Origin: Eledone cirrhosa
Taxonomy: Eukaryota
Reading direction: 5' to 3'
Assembly (NCBI GenBank): GCA_964016885.1
Contig: OZ024741.1
Coordinates: 256,680,001-256,744,000 of the forward strand
Length of the DNA: 64,000 bases
Shown here one piece after another: positions 61,301-64,000 of the stretch. Every line of letters begins with the position of its first letter. Within the stretch, counting starts at the first letter, position 1. The translations under genes were made by a program, and so were the position numbers. The notes under the pieces were generated by a model. It saw only the letters and a list, made by a program, of their open reading frames with translations, was not told where the DNA came from and did not search any database.

Positions 61301-64000
61301 CGACTTACGAGTGTTTTGACTTACGAGTGTTCTGACTTATGAGTGTTCCGACTTACGAGTGTTCCGACTTACGAGTGTTTTGACCTACGAGTGTTCCGAC
61401 TTACGAGTGTTTCGGCTTACGGGTGTTTCGACGTACGAGTATTTTTGGCTTACGAGTGTTTCGACTTACGAGTGTTTTGAATTTCGATTGTTTCGGCTTA
61501 CGAGTGTTTCGACTTACGAGCATTTCGACTTACGAGTGTTTTGACTTATGGGTGTTTTGACATACGAGTGTTTCGATACGAATGCTCTGACTTACGAGTG
61601 TTCTGACTTACGAGTGTTCTGACTTACGGGTGTTCTGACTTACGTGTGTTCCGACTTACGAGTGTTTCGGCTATGGGTGTTTCGACTTACGAGTGTTTCG
61701 ACTTACGAATGTTTTGGCTTACGAGTGTTTCGGCTTACGAGTGTTTCGACTTACGAATGTTTTGGCTTACGAGTGTTTCGGCTTGCGGGTGTTTCGACTT
61801 ATGATTGTTTCGACTTACGAGTGTTTTGACTTACGGTGTTTCGGCTTACGAGTTATTCGACATACGAGTGTTTCGACTTACGGGTGTTTCGACTTACGGG
61901 TGTTTTGACTTACGAGTGTTTCGACTTATGAGTGTTTCGACTTACAAGTGTTCTGACTTACGAGTGTTCTGACTTACGAGTGTTCCGACTTACGAGTGTT
62001 TAGGTTTACGAGTGTTTCGACACACGAGTGTTTTAACTTACGTGTGTTTCGACTTACGGGTGTTTCGACTTACGAGTGTTTCGGTGTACGAGTGTTTCGA
62101 CTTAAGGATGTTTCGATTTACGAGTGTTTCGACTTACGATTGTTTCGGCTTACGTGAGTTTCGACTTAAGAGTGTTCTGATTTACGAGTGTTCTGACTTG
62201 CGGGTGTTCTGATTTACGAGTGTTCCGACTTACGAGTGTTTCGGCTTATGAGTGTTTCGACTTACGAGTGTTTCGGCTTACGAGTGTTTCGCCTTATGGG
62301 TGTTTCGACTTACGAGTGTTTTGACTTACGAGTGTTTTGACTTACATGTGTTTCGACTTATGGTGTTTCGGCTTACGAGTGTTTCGACATACGAGTGTTT
62401 TGACGTACGGGTGTTTCGATACGAGTGTTCTGACTTACGAGTGTTCTGACTTACGAGTGTTCTGACTTACGGGTGTTCTAACTTACGAGTGTTCCGACTT
62501 ACGAGTGTTTCGGCTTATGAGGGTTTCGACTTACGAGTGCTTCGGCTTACGAGTGTTTCGACTTACGAGTGTTTCGGCTTACGAGTGTTTCGAATTACGA
62601 ATGTTTTGGCTTACGAGTGTTTCGGCTTACGAGTGTTTCGACTTACGAGTGTTTCGACTTACGAGTGTTTTGACTTATGGTGTTTCGGCTTACGAGTGTT
62701 TCGACTTACGAGTGTTTTGACTTGCGAGTGTTTTGACTTACGGTGTTTCTGCTTACGAGTGTTTCGACTTACGAGTGTTATGACTTACGGGTGTTTTGAC
62801 ATACGAGTGTTTCGATACGAGTGTTTCGACTTACGAGTGTTTTGACTTACGAGTGTTTCGAGTTACGAGTGTTTCGAATTACGAATGTTTTTACTTACGA
62901 ATGTTCTGACTTACGGGTGTTTCGGCTTACGAGTGTTTCGACTTACGAGTGTTTTAACTTACGGGTGTTTCTACTTACGCGTGTTTCGACTTGCAAGTGT
63001 TTCGACTTACGAGTGTTTCGACTACGAATGTGCCGACTTACGAGTGTTTCGACTTATGAGTGTTTCGACTTACGAGTGTTCTGACTTACGGGTGTTCCGA
63101 CTGACGAGTGTTTCGGCTTACGATTGTTTTGACTTACGATTGTTTTGGCTTACGAATGTTTCGACTTACGAGTGTTTCAACTTACGAGTGTTTTGACTTA
63201 CGGTGTTTCGGCTTACGAGTGTTTCGACTTACGAGTGTTTTGACTTACGGGTGTTTTGACATACGAGTGTTTCGATACGAGTGTTCTGACTTACGAGTGT
63301 TCTGACTTACGAGTGTTCTGACTTACGAGTGTTCTGACTTACGGGTGTTCTGACTTACGAGTGTTCCGACTTACGAGTGTTTCGGCTTATGAGGGTTTCG
63401 ACTTACGAGTGCTTCGGCTTACGAGTGTTTCGACCTACGAATGTTTCGGCTTACGAGTGTTTCGACTTACGAATGTTTTGGCTTACGAGTGTTTCGGCTT
63501 ACGAGTGTTTCGAATTACGAGTGTTTCGACTTACGAGTGTTTTGACTTACGGTGTTTCGGCTTACGAGTGTTTCGACTTACGAGTGCTTTAACTTACGGG
63601 TGTTTCGACTTACGCGTGTTTCGACTTACGTATGTTCCGACTTACGAGTGTTTCGACATACGAGTGTTTCGGCTTACGAGTGTTTCGACTTACGAGTGTT
63701 TCGACTTACGAGTGTTCTGACTTACGAGTGTTCTGACTTACGAGTGTTCTGACTTACGAAAATAACGTATAGACGCGGTTTCAAATATCTATGCTTTTCA
63801 AATTCATTACATTAATCTTTATTTATACGTTTCGCTTTACGAGTGTTTCGGCGTACGAGTGTTTCGACTTACGAGTGTTTTAACTTACGGTTGTTTCGAC
63901 TTACGCGTGTTTCGACTTACGAATGTTCCGACTTACGCGTGTTTCGACTTACGAGTGTTTCGACTTACGAGTGTTTCGACTTACAAATGTTCCGACTTAC

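Larger units (their letters stand above)
1141..63828 (+). repeat. Family of 49 interspersed 69-bp AT-rich spacer elements embedded in the satellite
   Basis: Manually read starts (each 69 bp): 1141, 1574, 2509, 3807, 4224, 5261, 7003, 7436, 8323, 9573, 10499, 12386, 12836, 15024, 15728, 17241, 17642, 19832, 20768, 21464, 21812, 23288, 24323, 25525, 27845, 29111, 31335, 32585, 33908, 35876, 36848, 38098, 39489, 39837, 41250, 42201, 42549, 45726, 46074, 51716, 52064, 55265, 55556, 56491, 58995, 59410, 60211, 60559, 63760. Each sits after ..TTACGA (or a one- to two-base variant) and before GTTTCGC(T/C)TTAC, replacing the GT of a monomer. Confidence 0.95.
1..64000 (+). repeat. Tandem satellite array of a 16-bp monomer, consensus GACTTACGAGTGTTTC; runs off both window edges
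   Basis: Directly visible throughout, e.g. the consensus run at about 10585-10670. The orientation is the same everywhere I read. The monomer is 7/16 GC with two CpGs. The ORF track shows the resulting 16-aa periodic peptide LRVFRLTSVSTYECFD (3 monomers = 48 nt). Confidence 0.99.
51540..64000 (+). repeat. Higher-order duplication, period 8495 bp, second copy runs off the window end; left boundary approximate
   Basis: Pairs 51716/60211, 52064/60559, 54613/63108 and 55265/63760 are all offset by 8495. Confidence 0.9.

Noticed and set aside
8-63752. Hundreds of + strand ORFs of 60-145 aa (LRVFRLTSVSTYECFD repeats)
   Set aside because: The consensus monomer has no stop on +, so all three frames give the same 16-aa cycle until a TGA variant appears. 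The minus strand has TAA in each monomer, which explains the absence of minus ORFs. The ORFs overlap in all frames, mostly start at GTG/TTG, and the indels ignore frame.
1141-63828. CRISPR-like layout (constant element containing GTTTCAA separated by variable tracts)
   Set aside because: The constant element is 69 bp, and the intervening tracts are 0.2-5.6 kb of satellite rather than unique 25-45 bp spacers. There are no cas genes or leader.
1-64000. Whole array or its duplications as an assembly or sequencing artefact
   Set aside because: Duplicated blocks carry private SNPs and monomer indels (e.g. A956 vs T6818) and a nested haplotype structure. Exact copy numbers still need read-level confirmation.

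Overview
The whole 64-kb window is one satellite DNA array in a single orientation, most likely eukaryotic heterochromatin or (peri)centromere. The organism cannot be determined from the sequence. The basic unit is a 16-bp monomer, consensus GACTTACGAGTGTTTC (roughly 3,800 copies, estimated from length). Recurrent substitution variants (TTTTGAC, TTCTGAC, TTCCGAC, GGCTT, TACGGG, GACAT) and length variants (8, 9, 14, 15, 17 bp) occur. By manual count it is interrupted 49 times, always at the same monomer phase and orientation, by a 69-bp, ~75% AT element (AAATAACAAATAGACGCGGTTTCAAATCTCTATGCTTTTCAAATTCATTACATTAATCTTTATTTATAC). This element falls into several haplotypes. Monomer variants and these elements are arranged in nested higher-order repeats with periods of about 0.7, 0.86, 1.2, 2.5, 2.7, 3.5, 4.8, 5.9, 8.5 and 12 kb. 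No protein-coding gene, RNA gene, CRISPR array or intact transposon is supported; every ORF in the track is a reading of the satellite. The most interesting hypothesis, which is inference only, is that the monomer is a CENP-B-box-like or pogo/Tigger terminal-repeat-like binding site amplified into a satellite and punctuated by a conserved AT-rich spacer.
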